A stretch of DNA of 64,000 nt from Burkholderiales bacterium (GCA_019635015.1 JAHCAG010000009.1:53735-117734), one strand, 5' to 3'. Positions 27,035-36,874 are shown, counted from the stretch's first letter. The notes: generated by a model not told the origin, from the sequence alone. Translations and numbers: made by a program.

Positions 27035-30000
27035 TCAGGCGGCGCTGCGCGCGCGGTTCAGGGCAAGTGCGACGACTTCGGCGATATGCAGGGCGTCACG
27101 GTCGGAGAGCTGCGCGATCTGTTCGCGGCAGCTGTAACCGCTGGCGACGATCATCGTATCCTCGGAGGCGGCACGCACCGCGGGCAGCAGCGCGGCTTCC
27201 GCCGCCTTGACCGAGACCTCGTAGTGCCGGGCGTTGAAACCGAAGGCCCCCGCCATGCCGCAGCAGCCGGTCTCGACCGTGTGCGCGCGGATGCCGAGGC
27301 GTTTGAGCAGGGCCATTTCGGCAGCCATGCCGAACACCGATTTCTGGTGGCAGTGGCCGTGCACCAGCGCCTCGCCGCCCAGTTGCGGCGCGTCCCAGTC
27401 CGGAATGGCCATCAGGAAATCGCTGAACAGGTGGACCTGGGCGCTCAGCTTCCGCGCCAGCGGATCGTCCGGGAAAAGATTCGGCAACTCGTCGCGGAAG
27501 ACCGACAGGCAGGCCGGTTCGAGGCCCACCACCGGCACGCCGGCGCGGATGTCGTCACCGAGCATGTCGAGAATGTCGCGCAGGTGGCCGCGCGCGGTGT
27601 CGAGCATGCCGAAGTCATACAGCGGCCGGCCGCAGCAGAGCTGCCGCCTGGGCAGCGTCACCGCAAAACCGAGGGCTTCCAGCACTTCCACGGCGGCGGC
27701 AGCCGATCCTGGCTGGAAATGGTTGTTGAAGGTGTCGGCCCAGAGGATGACCCGGCCGCGCGGCGCATGGCCTGGCGCCACGGCCCTGCGCCGCAGGAAC
27801 CAGCGGCGGAAGCTGCGGCGGGCGAATTTCGGGATGCTGCGCTGGCGGGCGATGCCGGTCGCGAATTTGAGCAGGGCCGACAATCCCGGTGCATGGGTCA
27901 GCAGGTTGACCAGGCGCGGCGCAATGGCGGCGACCCGCGCCCAGCGGCTGATCCAGCCCATCGTGTAGGCCTGCACCGGGCGCAGCCGGCCGCGGTAGTG
28001 ATGGTGCAGGAACTCGGCCTTGTAGGCGGCCATGTCGGTATGCGTCGGGCAGTCGCTGCGGCAGCCCTTGCAGGCGAGGCAGAGATCCAGCGCTTCGCGG
28101 ACTTCCTCGCTTTGCCAGCCGTCGCGGATGACTTCGCCGCGCAGCATCTCGGCCAGCAGCCGCGCGCGGCCCCGGGTCGAATAACGTTCTTCGCCGGTTG
28201 CGCGGTAGCTCGGGCACATCACGCCGCCGGCCTGTGCCCGGCATTTGCCCATGCCAACGCAGCGTTCGACCGCGCGGTTGAAACCCTGGCCTTCGGGGCT
28301 GGCGAAAGCGAATTGCGTCGCCGGCCGCCACGGCCGGTAATCCGGTCCGTATTTCAGGTTTTCGTCGGCGCGATAGGGATCAATGACCTTGCCCGGATTC
28401 ATGCGGTTGTCCGGATCCCAGATCGCCTTGAACTCGCGGAAGGCCTGTATCAGCTCCTCACCGTACATGATCGGCAGGAACTCGGCCTTGGCCTGGCCGT
28501 CGCCGTGTTCGCCCGACAGCGAGCCGCCGTACTTGACGACCAGTTCAGCCGCCTGGCGCAGGAAGCTGCGCCAGACCTGGATGCCTTCGACAGAACGCGT
28601 ATCGAAGGTGATGCGGGCGTGGATGCAGCCGTCACCGAAATGGCCGTAGAGCGAAGTTTTGTAGCCGTGACGGTCGACCAGTGCCTGGAATTCGCGCAGG
28701 TAATCGCCGAGACGCAGCGGATCGACCGCGGCATCTTCCCAGCCGACGACCGGATCGGGTTCGCCGGGATGAATGGTCAATGCGGTGGCGGAGGCCGCGG
28801 TTTCGCGGAGGGTCCAGATGCGCTCGCACATCGCCGGGTCGGTGATCAGCCAGGAGGACGGCGCGGGCGTCCTGCCGGCATAGTGCGCGACCAGCGCACC
28901 GGCCTGCGCGCTCGCAGCCTCGACCGTTGCCGCACCGAACTCGATCATGATCCAGGCATTGCCCGGTGGCAGCAGCGCGATGTCGGCGCTGCGCAGTCCG
29001 CGTTCGCGCAGGCCGCCGATGATGCGTTCATCGAGGCCTTCGGTGGCAATCGGCCTGAAGGGCAGGATGTCCGGCACTGCGTCGCCAGCCTGGTAGATGT
29101 CGGGGAAACCGAGCACCAGAATGACCCGCGACTGCGGGCTGGGCACCAGCCGGGTTTTTGCCTCCAGCGTGATGACGCAGGTGCCTTCGCTGCCGACCAG
29201 CGCGCGCGCGACGTTGAAGCCGTTCTCCGGCAGCAGCTGGTCGAGGTTGTAGCCGGAGACGCGACGCTTGATTTTCGGGAAACGCGCGCGGATCAGGTCG
29301 GCATATTTGTCGCGCAGGTCGCGCAGCCGGCGGTAGATCTCTCCGCGGCGGCCGCCACCGCGGATGATGCGCACCAGTTCGTCTTCGGATGTCGGTCCGA
29401 CGGTCAGGCGCAGTCCGTCATAGGTCAGGATGTCCAGCGTTTCGATGTTGTCGACGGTCTTGCCCGCCATCACCGAGTGCGCACCGCAGGAATTGTTGCC
29501 GATCATGCCGCCCAGCGTGCAGCGGCTGTGGGTGGCCGGATCCGGGCCGAAGGTCAGCGCGTGCCGTTCGGCGGCATCGCGCAGCGTGTCGCAGACCGCA
29601 CCCGGCTCGACGCGCGCGGTTTTCCCCTGCGGATCGACTTCGAGCACACGGTTCAGGTATTTCGAAGTGTCGATGACCACGGCGACGTTGACGCACTGGC
29701 CGTTCTGCGAAGTGCCGCCGCCGCGGGGCAGGATCGGCACACCGAACTCGCGGCAGACATCGATCGTTTCGACGATGTCCCCGATGCTGCGCGGCAAGAC
29801 GACGCCGATGGGGACCTGGCGGTAGTTCGATGCGTCGGCGGAGTAGCTTGCCCGTGCGGCGGTGTCGAAACGGACTTCGCCGGCGATGCGGCGCTCCAGT
29901 TGTTCGGCCAGGGCGGCGAAATCGCCGGCCGCCAGTTGCCGGGGGTCGGTGGGAGCGTTCAATTCAGTGGAGGGCGGGTATGGACGGGACGTGCGCGCAG

Positions 30001-30046
30001 CATCGGCGGGATTGTAGCCTGCCCCGGAGCCACTGTCCGAAAGCAT
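27035..30046 (-). CDS. fused FAD-binding (GlcD/PCMH-type) and Fe-S (GlcF/CCG-type) oxidoreductase, YdiJ-like
   Basis: VVLPRSIGDIVETIDVCREFGVPILPRGGGTSQNGQ FAD-binding domain; GSLSGEHGDG; 4Fe-4S motifs CVGMGKCRAQAGGVMCP and CLACKGCRSDCP; C-terminal cysteine-rich CCG repeats (HCHQKS, CCGMAGAFG). Internal ATG at 30046 chosen. Confidence 0.85.
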   Translation of the reverse strand: MLSDSGSGAGYNPADAARTSRPYPPSTELNAPTDPRQLAAGDFAALAEQLERRIAGEVRFDTAARASYSADASNYRQVPIGVVLPRSIGDIVETIDVCREFGVPILPRGGGTSQNGQCVNVAVVIDTSKYLNRVLEVDPQGKTARVEPGAVCDTLRDAAERHALTFGPDPATHSRCTLGGMIGNNSCGAHSVMAGKTVDNIETLDILTYDGLRLTVGPTSEDELVRIIRGGGRRGEIYRRLRDLRDKYADLIRARFPKIKRRVSGYNLDQLLPENGFNVARALVGSEGTCVITLEAKTRLVPSPQSRVILVLGFPDIYQAGDAVPDILPFRPIATEGLDERIIGGLRERGLRSADIALLPPGNAWIMIEFGAATVEAASAQAGALVAHYAGRTPAPSSWLITDPAMCERIWTLRETAASATALTIHPGEPDPVVGWEDAAVDPLRLGDYLREFQALVDRHGYKTSLYGHFGDGCIHARITFDTRSVEGIQVWRSFLRQAAELVVKYGGSLSGEHGDGQAKAEFLPIMYGEELIQAFREFKAIWDPDNRMNPGKVIDPYRADENLKYGPDYRPWRPATQFAFASPEGQGFNRAVERCVGMGKCRAQAGGVMCPSYRATGEERYSTRGRARLLAEMLRGEVIRDGWQSEEVREALDLCLACKGCRSDCPTHTDMAAYKAEFLHHHYRGRLRPVQAYTMGWISRWARVAAIAPRLVNLLTHAPGLSALLKFATGIARQRSIPKFARRSFRRWFLRRRAVAPGHAPRGRVILWADTFNNHFQPGSAAAAVEVLEALGFAVTLPRRQLCCGRPLYDFGMLDTARGHLRDILDMLGDDIRAGVPVVGLEPACLSVFRDELPNLFPDDPLARKLSAQVHLFSDFLMAIPDWDAPQLGGEALVHGHCHQKSVFGMAAEMALLKRLGIRAHTVETGCCGMAGAFGFNARHYEVSVKAAEAALLPAVRAASEDTMIVASGYSCREQIAQLSDRDALHIAEVVALALNRARSAA

Positions 30047-30091
30047 CGCCCAAACAAGGGCTAGACCTGGCTTTCCCCTTCTTGATCGGGC

Positions 30092-30118
30092 ATAAAGTAC
30101 AATAAAAACAATGATTTG
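30092..30118 (+). repeat. AT-rich IHF-consensus-like module, copy 4 (diverged)
   Basis: ATAAAGTACAATAAAAACAATGATTTG. The core AAACAATGATTTG has one mismatch (T to A). Lies in the divergent xsc / FAD-FeS promoter region, 10 bp from the LacI-type palindrome. Confidence 0.45.
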
Positions 30119-30127
30119 CTGACCTTT

Positions 30128-30143
30128 GTGCAAGCGCTTGCAC
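30128..30143. promoter_or_regulatory. perfect 16-bp palindrome matching the LacI-family operator pattern
   Basis: GTGCAAGC|GCTTGCAC contains TGCAAGCGCTTGCA, which fits TGnAAnCGnTTnCA. Located in the 228-bp divergent region between 27035..30046 (-) and xsc (+). A LacI-family regulator is encoded at 32097. Confidence 0.6.
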
Positions 30144-30274
30144 TACGCTGGCTGGCGGCGTATCATGCAAGGCCGCCGGGCAGGAATATCCGCCGGCAGG
30201 ACAGGAATCCCAACTGCATTGTTGCGGCTGGCGCCGGTGTGGCGCCGTGCGCTTTTACTCCGGAGGAAGTATCC

Positions 30275-32044
30275 ATGAATACCATGGCAGACACCAAAAA
30301 CATGGCCAAGGCATCCGCCGGCGGCAAGCAGCGGATGACGCCGTCCGAAGCCTTTGTCGAAACGCTGGTCGCCCAGGGCGTGAAGGACACCTTCGGCATT
30401 GTCGGTTCAGCCTACATGGATGCCCATGACCTGTTTCCGCTCGCCGGCATCCGTTTCCTGTCGGTGGCGCATGAGCAGAACGCCGCGCACATGGCCGACG
30501 GTTATTCGCGGGTCACCGGCAAACACGGCGTGTGCATCGCGCAGAACGGCCCCGGCATCACCAACTTCGTTACCGGCATCGCGGCCGCGTACTGGGCGCA
30601 TTCACCGGTGGTCTGCGTGACCCCGGAATCGGGCAGTCTGAGCATGGGCCTGGGCGGTTTCCAGGAGACCGAGCAGATGCCGATCTTCTCGAAAATCACC
30701 AAGTGGCAGGTGCATGTCAATTCGCCGCTGCGCATCGCAGAACTGACCGGGCGCGCCTTCGACATCGCGATGGCGGAACGCGGTCCGGTGCAGGTCAACA
30801 TCCCGCGCGACTATTTCTACGGCGAGGGCGAATACGACATTCCGCAGCCGCACAAGCTGGAGCGCGCGGCTGGCGGACCGGAGTCACTGGATGCCGCAGC
30901 CAAAATGCTCGCCAAGGCCAAGTTCCCGGTGATCCTGTCCGGCGGCGGCGTGATCATGAGCAACGGCATCAAGGAATGCGCGGCGCTGGCCGAGTACCTG
31001 ACCGCGCCCGTGGTCAACTCCTATCTGCACAATGATTCCTTCCCCGCCAGCCACGTCCTGTCCTGCGGTCCGCTGGGTTACCAGGGATCGAAGGCGGCGA
31101 TGAACATCATCGCCAAGGCCGACGTGGTGCTGGCGCTGGGTTCGCGGCTGGGCCCCTTCGGCACGCTGCCGCAGCACGGTCTCGATTACTGGCCGAAAAA
31201 CGCCAAGATCATCCAGGTCGATGCCGACTCGCGCATGCTCGGGCTGGTGAAGAAAACCACGGTCGGCATTTGCGGCGACGCGAAACTGGCCGCGGTTGCA
31301 TTGCTTGAGCGTGTGAAAGCCATGGTCAAGCTGACACCCAACAAGGCGCGCATCGTCGAAGTGCAGAAGGCGAAAAAGGCCTGGGCCGATGAACTCGACA
31401 AATGGCCCTCGCCGAACACCAAGACCCGCATCGGTCCGCGCCAGGCGCTGGCGGCGCTGGCGCGTGCGATGCCGAAAAACGCGATGGTCGCCACCGACAT
31501 CGGCAACGTCTGCTCGGTGTCGAACAGCTACCTGCATTTCGAGCAGGCACCGTCCTTCCTCGCGGCGATGAGTTTCGGCAACTGCGGTTATGCCTTCCCG
31601 GCGGCGATGGGTGCCAAGGTCGGGCGTCCGGACCGCCCGTCGATCGCCTACGTCGGCGATGGCGCCTGGGGCATGAGCCTCAACGAGGTGATGACCTGCG
31701 TGCGCGAGAAGATTCCGGTGGTCGCCGTGGTGTTCAACAACGGCCAGTGGGGCGCGGAGAAAAAGAACCAGGTCGACTATTTCGACAACCGCTTCCTCGG
31801 CACCAACCTGCAGAACCCCAACTTCGCCGATGTCGCGGAGTCGATGGGCGCACAGGGGCTGACGGTGGAGCACGCGGATGAAGTGGGCGACGCGCTGCGG
31901 GCTGCGGTGCGCTCCAACAAACCCACGGTCATCAACATGATGCTGACGCAGGAACTCGGCGATCCCTTCCGCCGCGATGCCTTCCGCCAGCCGCAGCGCC
32001 TGCTGCCGAAATACCGCAAGTACAGCGCGAAGCAGTACCGTTGA
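30275..32044 (+). CDS. xsc: thiamine-diphosphate enzyme, sulfoacetaldehyde acetyltransferase-like
   Basis: KQRMTPSEAFVETLVAQGVKD..., AQNGPGITNFVTGIAAAYWAHSPVV, GGFQETEQ and the C-terminal ThDP motif GDGAWGMSLNEV...NN. Matches my recollection of Xsc sequences. GGAGGA RBS upstream of the ATG at 30275. Confidence 0.7.
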   Translation: MNTMADTKNMAKASAGGKQRMTPSEAFVETLVAQGVKDTFGIVGSAYMDAHDLFPLAGIRFLSVAHEQNAAHMADGYSRVTGKHGVCIAQNGPGITNFVTGIAAAYWAHSPVVCVTPESGSLSMGLGGFQETEQMPIFSKITKWQVHVNSPLRIAELTGRAFDIAMAERGPVQVNIPRDYFYGEGEYDIPQPHKLERAAGGPESLDAAAKMLAKAKFPVILSGGGVIMSNGIKECAALAEYLTAPVVNSYLHNDSFPASHVLSCGPLGYQGSKAAMNIIAKADVVLALGSRLGPFGTLPQHGLDYWPKNAKIIQVDADSRMLGLVKKTTVGICGDAKLAAVALLERVKAMVKLTPNKARIVEVQKAKKAWADELDKWPSPNTKTRIGPRQALAALARAMPKNAMVATDIGNVCSVSNSYLHFEQAPSFLAAMSFGNCGYAFPAAMGAKVGRPDRPSIAYVGDGAWGMSLNEVMTCVREKIPVVAVVFNNGQWGAEKKNQVDYFDNRFLGTNLQNPNFADVAESMGAQGLTVEHADEVGDALRAAVRSNKPTVINMMLTQELGDPFRRDAFRQPQRLLPKYRKYSAKQYR

Positions 32045-32065
32045 ACGTGGTGCGCGCGCACCCTG

Positions 32066-32092
32066 AAAGCCGGCGTCAGCCGGCTTTTTTTC
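32066..32092 (+). terminator. rho-independent terminator after xsc
   Basis: AAAGCCGGC-GTCA-GCCGGCTTTTTTT immediately after the xsc stop. A second GC hairpin GGTGCGCGCGCACC lies just upstream. Confidence 0.75.
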
Positions 32093-32096
32093 TCCG

Positions 32097-33125
32097 ATGA
32101 GAACCCGCGCCAGCAAGGCCGCGCGGCTCGCCGATGTCGCGCGGCTGGCCAAGGTGTCGACGGCCACGGTGTCGCGGGCGCTGACGCTGCCGCACAAGGT
32201 CAAGGCGCGCACGCTCGAGCGGGTGCAGCAGGCGGCGCGGTCACTCGGTTATGTCGCGCATGGCGCAGCCAGGGCGCTGGCTTCGCGGCGCACCCACACC
32301 ATCGGCGCCGTGGTGCCGACGCTGGAAAATGCGATTTTCGCCAATACCATCCACGCACTGCAGAGGACGCTCGATTCCGCCGGTTACGTGCTGCTGCTGG
32401 CGAGCCACGATTTCGACGCCGACATCGAGGCGCGCGTCACCCGCACGCTGATCGAGCGCGGCGTCGACGGCCTGGTGCTGCTGGGCACGACCCACCATCC
32501 CGACATCTACCGCATGATCGAGGGGCACGGTGTGCCCTATGTGCTGACCTGGGCCTTCGACGAGAGTGGCAACCACCCCTGCGTCGGCTTTGACAACCGT
32601 GCCGCGGCGGTGCGCATCACCAATTACCTGCTCGATCTCGGCCACCGCCGGTTTGCGATGGTTTCCGGGATCACCGTGCACAACGAGCGCGCCCAGGAGC
32701 GCGTCGCCGGCGTGCGCCAGGCGCTGGCCGCGCGCGGCATCACGCTTCCCGCCGGACAGGTTGTTGAAAAGCCTTACACCCACACCGGCGGCCGTGACGG
32801 CCTGCGCGAGGTGATGGCTGCGCGCGAGAAGCCGACGGCGGTGATCTGCGGCAACGATGTGCTGGCCATCGGCGCCATCGCCGAATGCCATGTGCAGGGG
32901 CTGGCGGTGCCGGGTGACGTGTCGATCACCGGTTTCGACGACATGGAAGTCGCGGCGATGATGCGGCCCGCACTGACCACGGTGAGGTTTCCGACCGCCG
33001 ATCTCGGCGCCTATGCCGCGAACCACCTGCTGCTGCGGCTCGAGGGCAAGGCGGTTGACCTGCGCTGCAAGCTGCCGACGGAACTGGTGGTGCGCGAAAG
33101 CGCGGCGGTGCCGCGCATCGACTGA
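32097..33125 (+). CDS. LacI-family transcriptional regulator
   Basis: N-terminal HTH (ARLADVARLAKVSTATVSRALT) plus a periplasmic-binding-protein-like effector domain. Confidence 0.9.
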   Translation: MRTRASKAARLADVARLAKVSTATVSRALTLPHKVKARTLERVQQAARSLGYVAHGAARALASRRTHTIGAVVPTLENAIFANTIHALQRTLDSAGYVLLLASHDFDADIEARVTRTLIERGVDGLVLLGTTHHPDIYRMIEGHGVPYVLTWAFDESGNHPCVGFDNRAAAVRITNYLLDLGHRRFAMVSGITVHNERAQERVAGVRQALAARGITLPAGQVVEKPYTHTGGRDGLREVMAAREKPTAVICGNDVLAIGAIAECHVQGLAVPGDVSITGFDDMEVAAMMRPALTTVRFPTADLGAYAANHLLLRLEGKAVDLRCKLPTELVVRESAAVPRID

Positions 33126-33148
33126 CGCCGCCGTCCGGGCGAGCCGGA

Positions 33149-34567
33149 TCAGAGCAGGGTTTTGCGGGCCTTGGCGATGGCGGCCTTGACGCGGGCCGGC
33201 GCCGTGCCGCCGATGTGGCTGCGGCTTTTCATGGAACCCTCAAGGGTCAGCGCGTCAAAGGCATCGGCGGCGACCAGCGGCGAAAACTGCCGCAGGTCTT
33301 CCAGCGACAGTTCGGACAGGTCGCAGCCCCGGGTTTCGGCAAAACGCACGGCCAGCGCCACCGCCTCGTGCGCTTCGCGGAAGGGCAGCCCTTTCTTCAC
33401 CAGGTAGTCGGCGAGATCGGTTGCCGTGGCATAACCCTCGCGCGCCGCGGCGCGCATGCGCTCGGCGTTGACGGTGATGCCGCCGACCATGCCGGCAAAC
33501 ACCGCGAGGCTCATCATCAGCGTATCGACGGTGTCGAGCAGCGGTTCCTTGTCTTCCTGGTTGTCCTTGTTGTAGGCCAGCGGCTGGCCCTTCATCAGCG
33601 TCAGCAGCGCCACCAGGTGGCCGTTGACGCGGCCGGTCTTGCCGCGCACCAGTTCGGCCACGTCCGGATTTTTCTTCTGCGGCATGATCGAGGAGCCGGT
33701 GCAGTAACGGTCGGCGATGTCGATGAAGCCGAAGCGCGGGCTCATCCACAGGATCAGTTCCTCGCTGAAGCGCGAGAGGTGGGTCATCGTCAGCGCGCCG
33801 GCGGCGACGAATTCGATCGCGAAGTCGCGGTCGGATACCGCGTCCAGCGAGTTTTCGCAGACACCGTCGAAACCGAGTTCCTTGGCGACCATCTGGCGGT
33901 CGATCGGGAATGATGTGCCGGCCAGCGCCGCCGCACCCAGCGGCAGCCGGTTGACGCGCCTGCGGCAGTCGGCGAAACGCTGGGCGTCCCGCGACAGCAT
34001 CTCGACATAGGCGAGCAGGTGGTGGGCAAAGGACACCGGCTGCGCCACCTGCAGGTGGGTGAATCCCGGCATCACGGTATCGGCGTGCCGCTCGGCCAGA
34101 TCGAGCAGCGCGCGCTGCAGCCCCTTGATCAGGGTCTGCACATGGTCGATCGCCGCGCGCAGGTAGAGGCGCACGTCGGTGGCGACCTGGTCGTTGCGCG
34201 AGCGGCCGGTGTGCAGGCGCTTGCCGGCGTCGCCGACCATGTCGGTGAGCCGGCGCTCGATGTTTAGATGCACGTCCTCGAGATCGACCGACCAGGGGAA
34301 AGTGCCGTTGCGGATTTCCCCGCCGATGGCCGCCAGTCCGCGCTCGATGGCCTCGAGATCTGCGGCGGAGATGATGCCGGTCGCCTGCAGCATGCGTGCA
34401 TGCGCCACCGATCCCTGGATGTCGAATTCGGCAAGCCGCTGGTCGAAACCGACCGAAGCCGTGAAGCGTTTGACGAGCTCGTCGACCGGTTCGCTGAAAC
34501 GTCCCGACCACGCTTTGGTGGCGCCCGGCTTTGCGCCGCTTTTCGTTGTTTTGTCTTTTGCCGTCAT
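33149..34567 (-). CDS. argH: argininosuccinate lyase
   Basis: WSGRFSEP N-terminus, the fumarate-lyase signature [12 protein letters not shown], and matching length and synteny. Confidence 0.95.
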   Translation of the reverse strand: MTAKDKTTKSGAKPGATKAWSGRFSEPVDELVKRFTASVGFDQRLAEFDIQGSVAHARMLQATGIISAADLEAIERGLAAIGGEIRNGTFPWSVDLEDVHLNIERRLTDMVGDAGKRLHTGRSRNDQVATDVRLYLRAAIDHVQTLIKGLQRALLDLAERHADTVMPGFTHLQVAQPVSFAHHLLAYVEMLSRDAQRFADCRRRVNRLPLGAAALAGTSFPIDRQMVAKELGFDGVCENSLDAVSDRDFAIEFVAAGALTMTHLSRFSEELILWMSPRFGFIDIADRYCTGSSIMPQKKNPDVAELVRGKTGRVNGHLVALLTLMKGQPLAYNKDNQEDKEPLLDTVDTLMMSLAVFAGMVGGITVNAERMRAAAREGYATATDLADYLVKKGLPFREAHEAVALAVRFAETRGCDLSELSLEDLRQFSPLVAADAFDALTLEGSMKSRSHIGGTAPARVKAAIAKARKTLL

Positions 34568-34583
34568 GAACTTGCGTGGGTTT

Positions 34584-34592
34584 TGCTAGAAT
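34584..34592 (+). promoter_or_regulatory. extended -10 promoter element TGCTAGAAT upstream of algZ
   Basis: TGCTAGAAT ends 9 nt before the ATG at 34602, and there is no Shine-Dalgarno sequence between them. This suggests a leaderless or near-leaderless transcript. Confidence 0.35.
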
Positions 34593-34601
34593 GAAACTGC
34601 C

Positions 34602-35618
34602 ATGGCGCGGAGTATAAATCATAATGCCAACACCGGCGCCCTGCCGGACTTCCGCAATCCCGGAATCCTGCTGCGTGTGCTGCTGATCGTGAACGGCGTG
34701 GCCCTGCTCGCATCGCTGCTGCAGGTCGATGGTTTCCGCGCCCTGCCGTCACGGATCACGGAGAATGCCGCGGCTGTCGAGCCTCTGCTGATCCTCAGCC
34801 TGCTGGTGCTCGCGGCGCTGAACAATGTGCTGCGCCGCCTGCCGTTCCTCGCCGCGGCAATTGTGGTCATCGCCATCGAGCTCGCATTGACGGTTGCGCT
34901 GCATGCCCTGGCGGAAAGCCTGCACCTCGCCGACGCTTCGATGCTGGCGCGCCGGCTGCTGATCGTCGCCCTGACCACGGGCATGCTGCTGGTTTACTTC
35001 GACCTGCGCGGACGCGCACTTTCGCCGGCCTTGGCCGAGGCGCGACTGCAGGCGCTGCAGGCGCGCATCCGCCCGCATTTCCTGTTCAACAGCCTGAATG
35101 CCGTGTTGTCGCTGGTGCGCCAGGAGCCGCGGCGCGCGGAAACCGCGCTGGAGGATCTGGCCGCGCTGTTTCGCGCGCTGATGGCCGACAACCGCGAGCT
35201 GGTGCCGATTGCGAACGAGGTCGAACTGTGCCGGCAGTACCTCGAGCTCGAGCAGTTGCGGCTCGGCGACCGGCTGCAGGTCGAATGGCATGTGGAGAAC
35301 ATGCCCGCCGACGCGCTGGTGCCGCCGCTTGCACTGCAGCCCCTGCTTGAGAACGCCGTCTACCACGGCATCGAGCCGTCGGAAACGCCGGGCGTGGTCA
35401 GCATCGACATTCATGCCGCACGCGACCGGCTGCATGTCGTGCTGCGCAACCCTTACCGCGCCAGCGGCGACCATCATGTCGGCAACAGGATGGCGCTGGC
35501 CAACATCCGCGAACGCCTGCAGCTGCATTTCGACGTTGCCGCGGAACTTGAGACACGTGTCGGCGAAAACGCCTACGAGGTGCGCATCGTGATGCCTTAC
35601 CGGAAGGCTGGAGCTTGA
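34602..35618 (+). CDS. algZ: LytS/YehU-type sensor histidine kinase (AlgZ/FimS-like)
   Basis: N-terminal LPDFRNPGILLRVLL membrane domain, the His_kinase internal motif (IRPHFLFNSLN) and an HATPase region. Divergent from argH and overlaps algR by 4 nt, as in Pseudomonas. Confidence 0.75.
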   Translation: MARSINHNANTGALPDFRNPGILLRVLLIVNGVALLASLLQVDGFRALPSRITENAAAVEPLLILSLLVLAALNNVLRRLPFLAAAIVVIAIELALTVALHALAESLHLADASMLARRLLIVALTTGMLLVYFDLRGRALSPALAEARLQALQARIRPHFLFNSLNAVLSLVRQEPRRAETALEDLAALFRALMADNRELVPIANEVELCRQYLELEQLRLGDRLQVEWHVENMPADALVPPLALQPLLENAVYHGIEPSETPGVVSIDIHAARDRLHVVLRNPYRASGDHHVGNRMALANIRERLQLHFDVAAELETRVGENAYEVRIVMPYRKAGA

Positions 35619-36373
35619 GCGCGCAGCCGCTGCGTGTGCTGGTGGTTGATGACGAGGCGCCGGCGCGCAGCCGCATGCGCGACCTGCTGGCCGACGTCGA
35701 CGCGGTACTGCCCGTGGCCATTGCCGGCGAGGCCGCCAACGGACGCGATGCGCTGCGGCTGGCGGAGGGCGGGGTGGATGTCGTGCTGCTCGACGTGCGC
35801 ATGCCCGGCATGGACGGGATCGAGGTGGCGCGGCATCTGCAGAAGCTGGAGCCGCCGCCGGCGGTGATTTTCACCACGGCCTACGATGCCTATGCCATCC
35901 AGGCCTTCGACCTGCACGTCGTCGATTACCTGCTGAAACCGATCAAGGCGTCGCGGCTGCAGGAGGCCTTGTCGCGCGTCGGCGCCGGGAAATCCGCGCC
36001 GGCCGCGGAAATGCTGCGTGCGATGCAGCCTGCGCCGCGCAGCTGCCTCAGTGCCGCCGAACGTGGCAGGGTGCACCTGATCCCGGTGGAGGAGGTGCTG
36101 TTCCTGCGCGCGGAGCTGAAATACGTGACGGTGCGCACCGCCGGCCGCGAATACCTGATCGAGGAATCGCTGACCCAGCTCGAACAGGAGTTTCCGGACC
36201 GTTTCGTGAGGGTGCACCGCAACTGCCTGGTGGCGCGCGCCGCGATCCGCGGCTTTGAGCGCTCCGCCGCGGACAGCGGGGAGGGCCCTTGGCAGGTCGT
36301 GCTGGCCGGGCTGGAGGAACGCATACCGGTGAGCCGCCGCCAGCAGCACGTGGTGCGCGACCTCGTCCGCTGA
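35615..36373 (+). CDS. algR: LytTR-family response regulator (AlgR-like)
   Basis: Receiver domain (LRVLVVDDE...LLDVRMPGMDG) plus a C-terminal LytTR DNA-binding domain (YVTVRTAGREYLIEESLTQLEQEFPDRFVRVHRNCLV). Confidence 0.8.
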   Translation: MSAQPLRVLVVDDEAPARSRMRDLLADVDAVLPVAIAGEAANGRDALRLAEGGVDVVLLDVRMPGMDGIEVARHLQKLEPPPAVIFTTAYDAYAIQAFDLHVVDYLLKPIKASRLQEALSRVGAGKSAPAAEMLRAMQPAPRSCLSAAERGRVHLIPVEEVLFLRAELKYVTVRTAGREYLIEESLTQLEQEFPDRFVRVHRNCLVARAAIRGFERSAADSGEGPWQVVLAGLEERIPVSRRQQHVVRDLVR

Positions 36374-36391
36374 AGCGGCGGAGCGCTTAGC

Positions 36392-36874
36392 TTAGCGCCC
36401 GGGTGCGCGCATGCGGGCGAGACCCGCCTCGATGGCCTGTTCGATATACAGCTGGTAGAAGTCCTCCGCCAGCAGGCCGGTGATCGGCGGTGCGGCCTGC
36501 CTGCCGTCGGCATCAAACACGATCAGCGTCGGCACGCGGCGCACACCGAGGCTGCGGGCAAACGCGCGGTGGGTTGTCCGGTTGCCGGCAAAGTCGCGCA
36601 GCGGCGTGCTGCGGTCGGTTTCAATCTCGAGAATCCGCACACGGTTGCGCCACTGCGGGTCACTCTGCAGCGGAAGCAGGTGATCGCGACGCGCCACCGC
36701 GCAGTACGGACAGGATTGCTGCATGAAGGCGATCAGCAGCGGTGCACCGCGGGACCGGGCCTCGGTTGCCGCGCGCAGGAGGTCATCCGCCGGCTGTAAC
36801 TGGGCGTGGACCGGGGCCGTTGCGAGCAGCATGCATGCTACAATCAGGGCCGCGAGTCGATCAAAAATATTCAA
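36392..36874 (-). CDS. periplasmic thioredoxin-fold protein (CPYC motif)
   Basis: C-terminal part of the long minus ORF: ...[19 protein letters not shown] signal-like segment, then [20 protein letters not shown] and [11 protein letters not shown]. Start is uncertain: in-frame TTG at 36874 or 36883, with no clear RBS. Confidence 0.6.
   Translation of the reverse strand: MNIFDRLAALIVACMLLATAPVHAQLQPADDLLRAATEARSRGAPLLIAFMQQSCPYCAVARRDHLLPLQSDPQWRNRVRILEIETDRSTPLRDFAGNRTTHRAFARSLGVRRVPTLIVFDADGRQAAPPITGLLAEDFYQLYIEQAIEAGLARMRAPGR

Noticed and set aside
27005-30064. 1019-aa open reading frame on the plus strand, fully antisense to the 27035..30046 FAD/Fe-S dehydrogenase gene.
   Set aside because: The minus-strand frame carries unmistakable FAD-binding, 4Fe-4S and CCG motifs. 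The plus frame is Arg/Ala/Gly/Asp/His-rich with no recognisable domain, which is typical of shadow ORFs created by GC3-biased codon usage in high-GC genomes.
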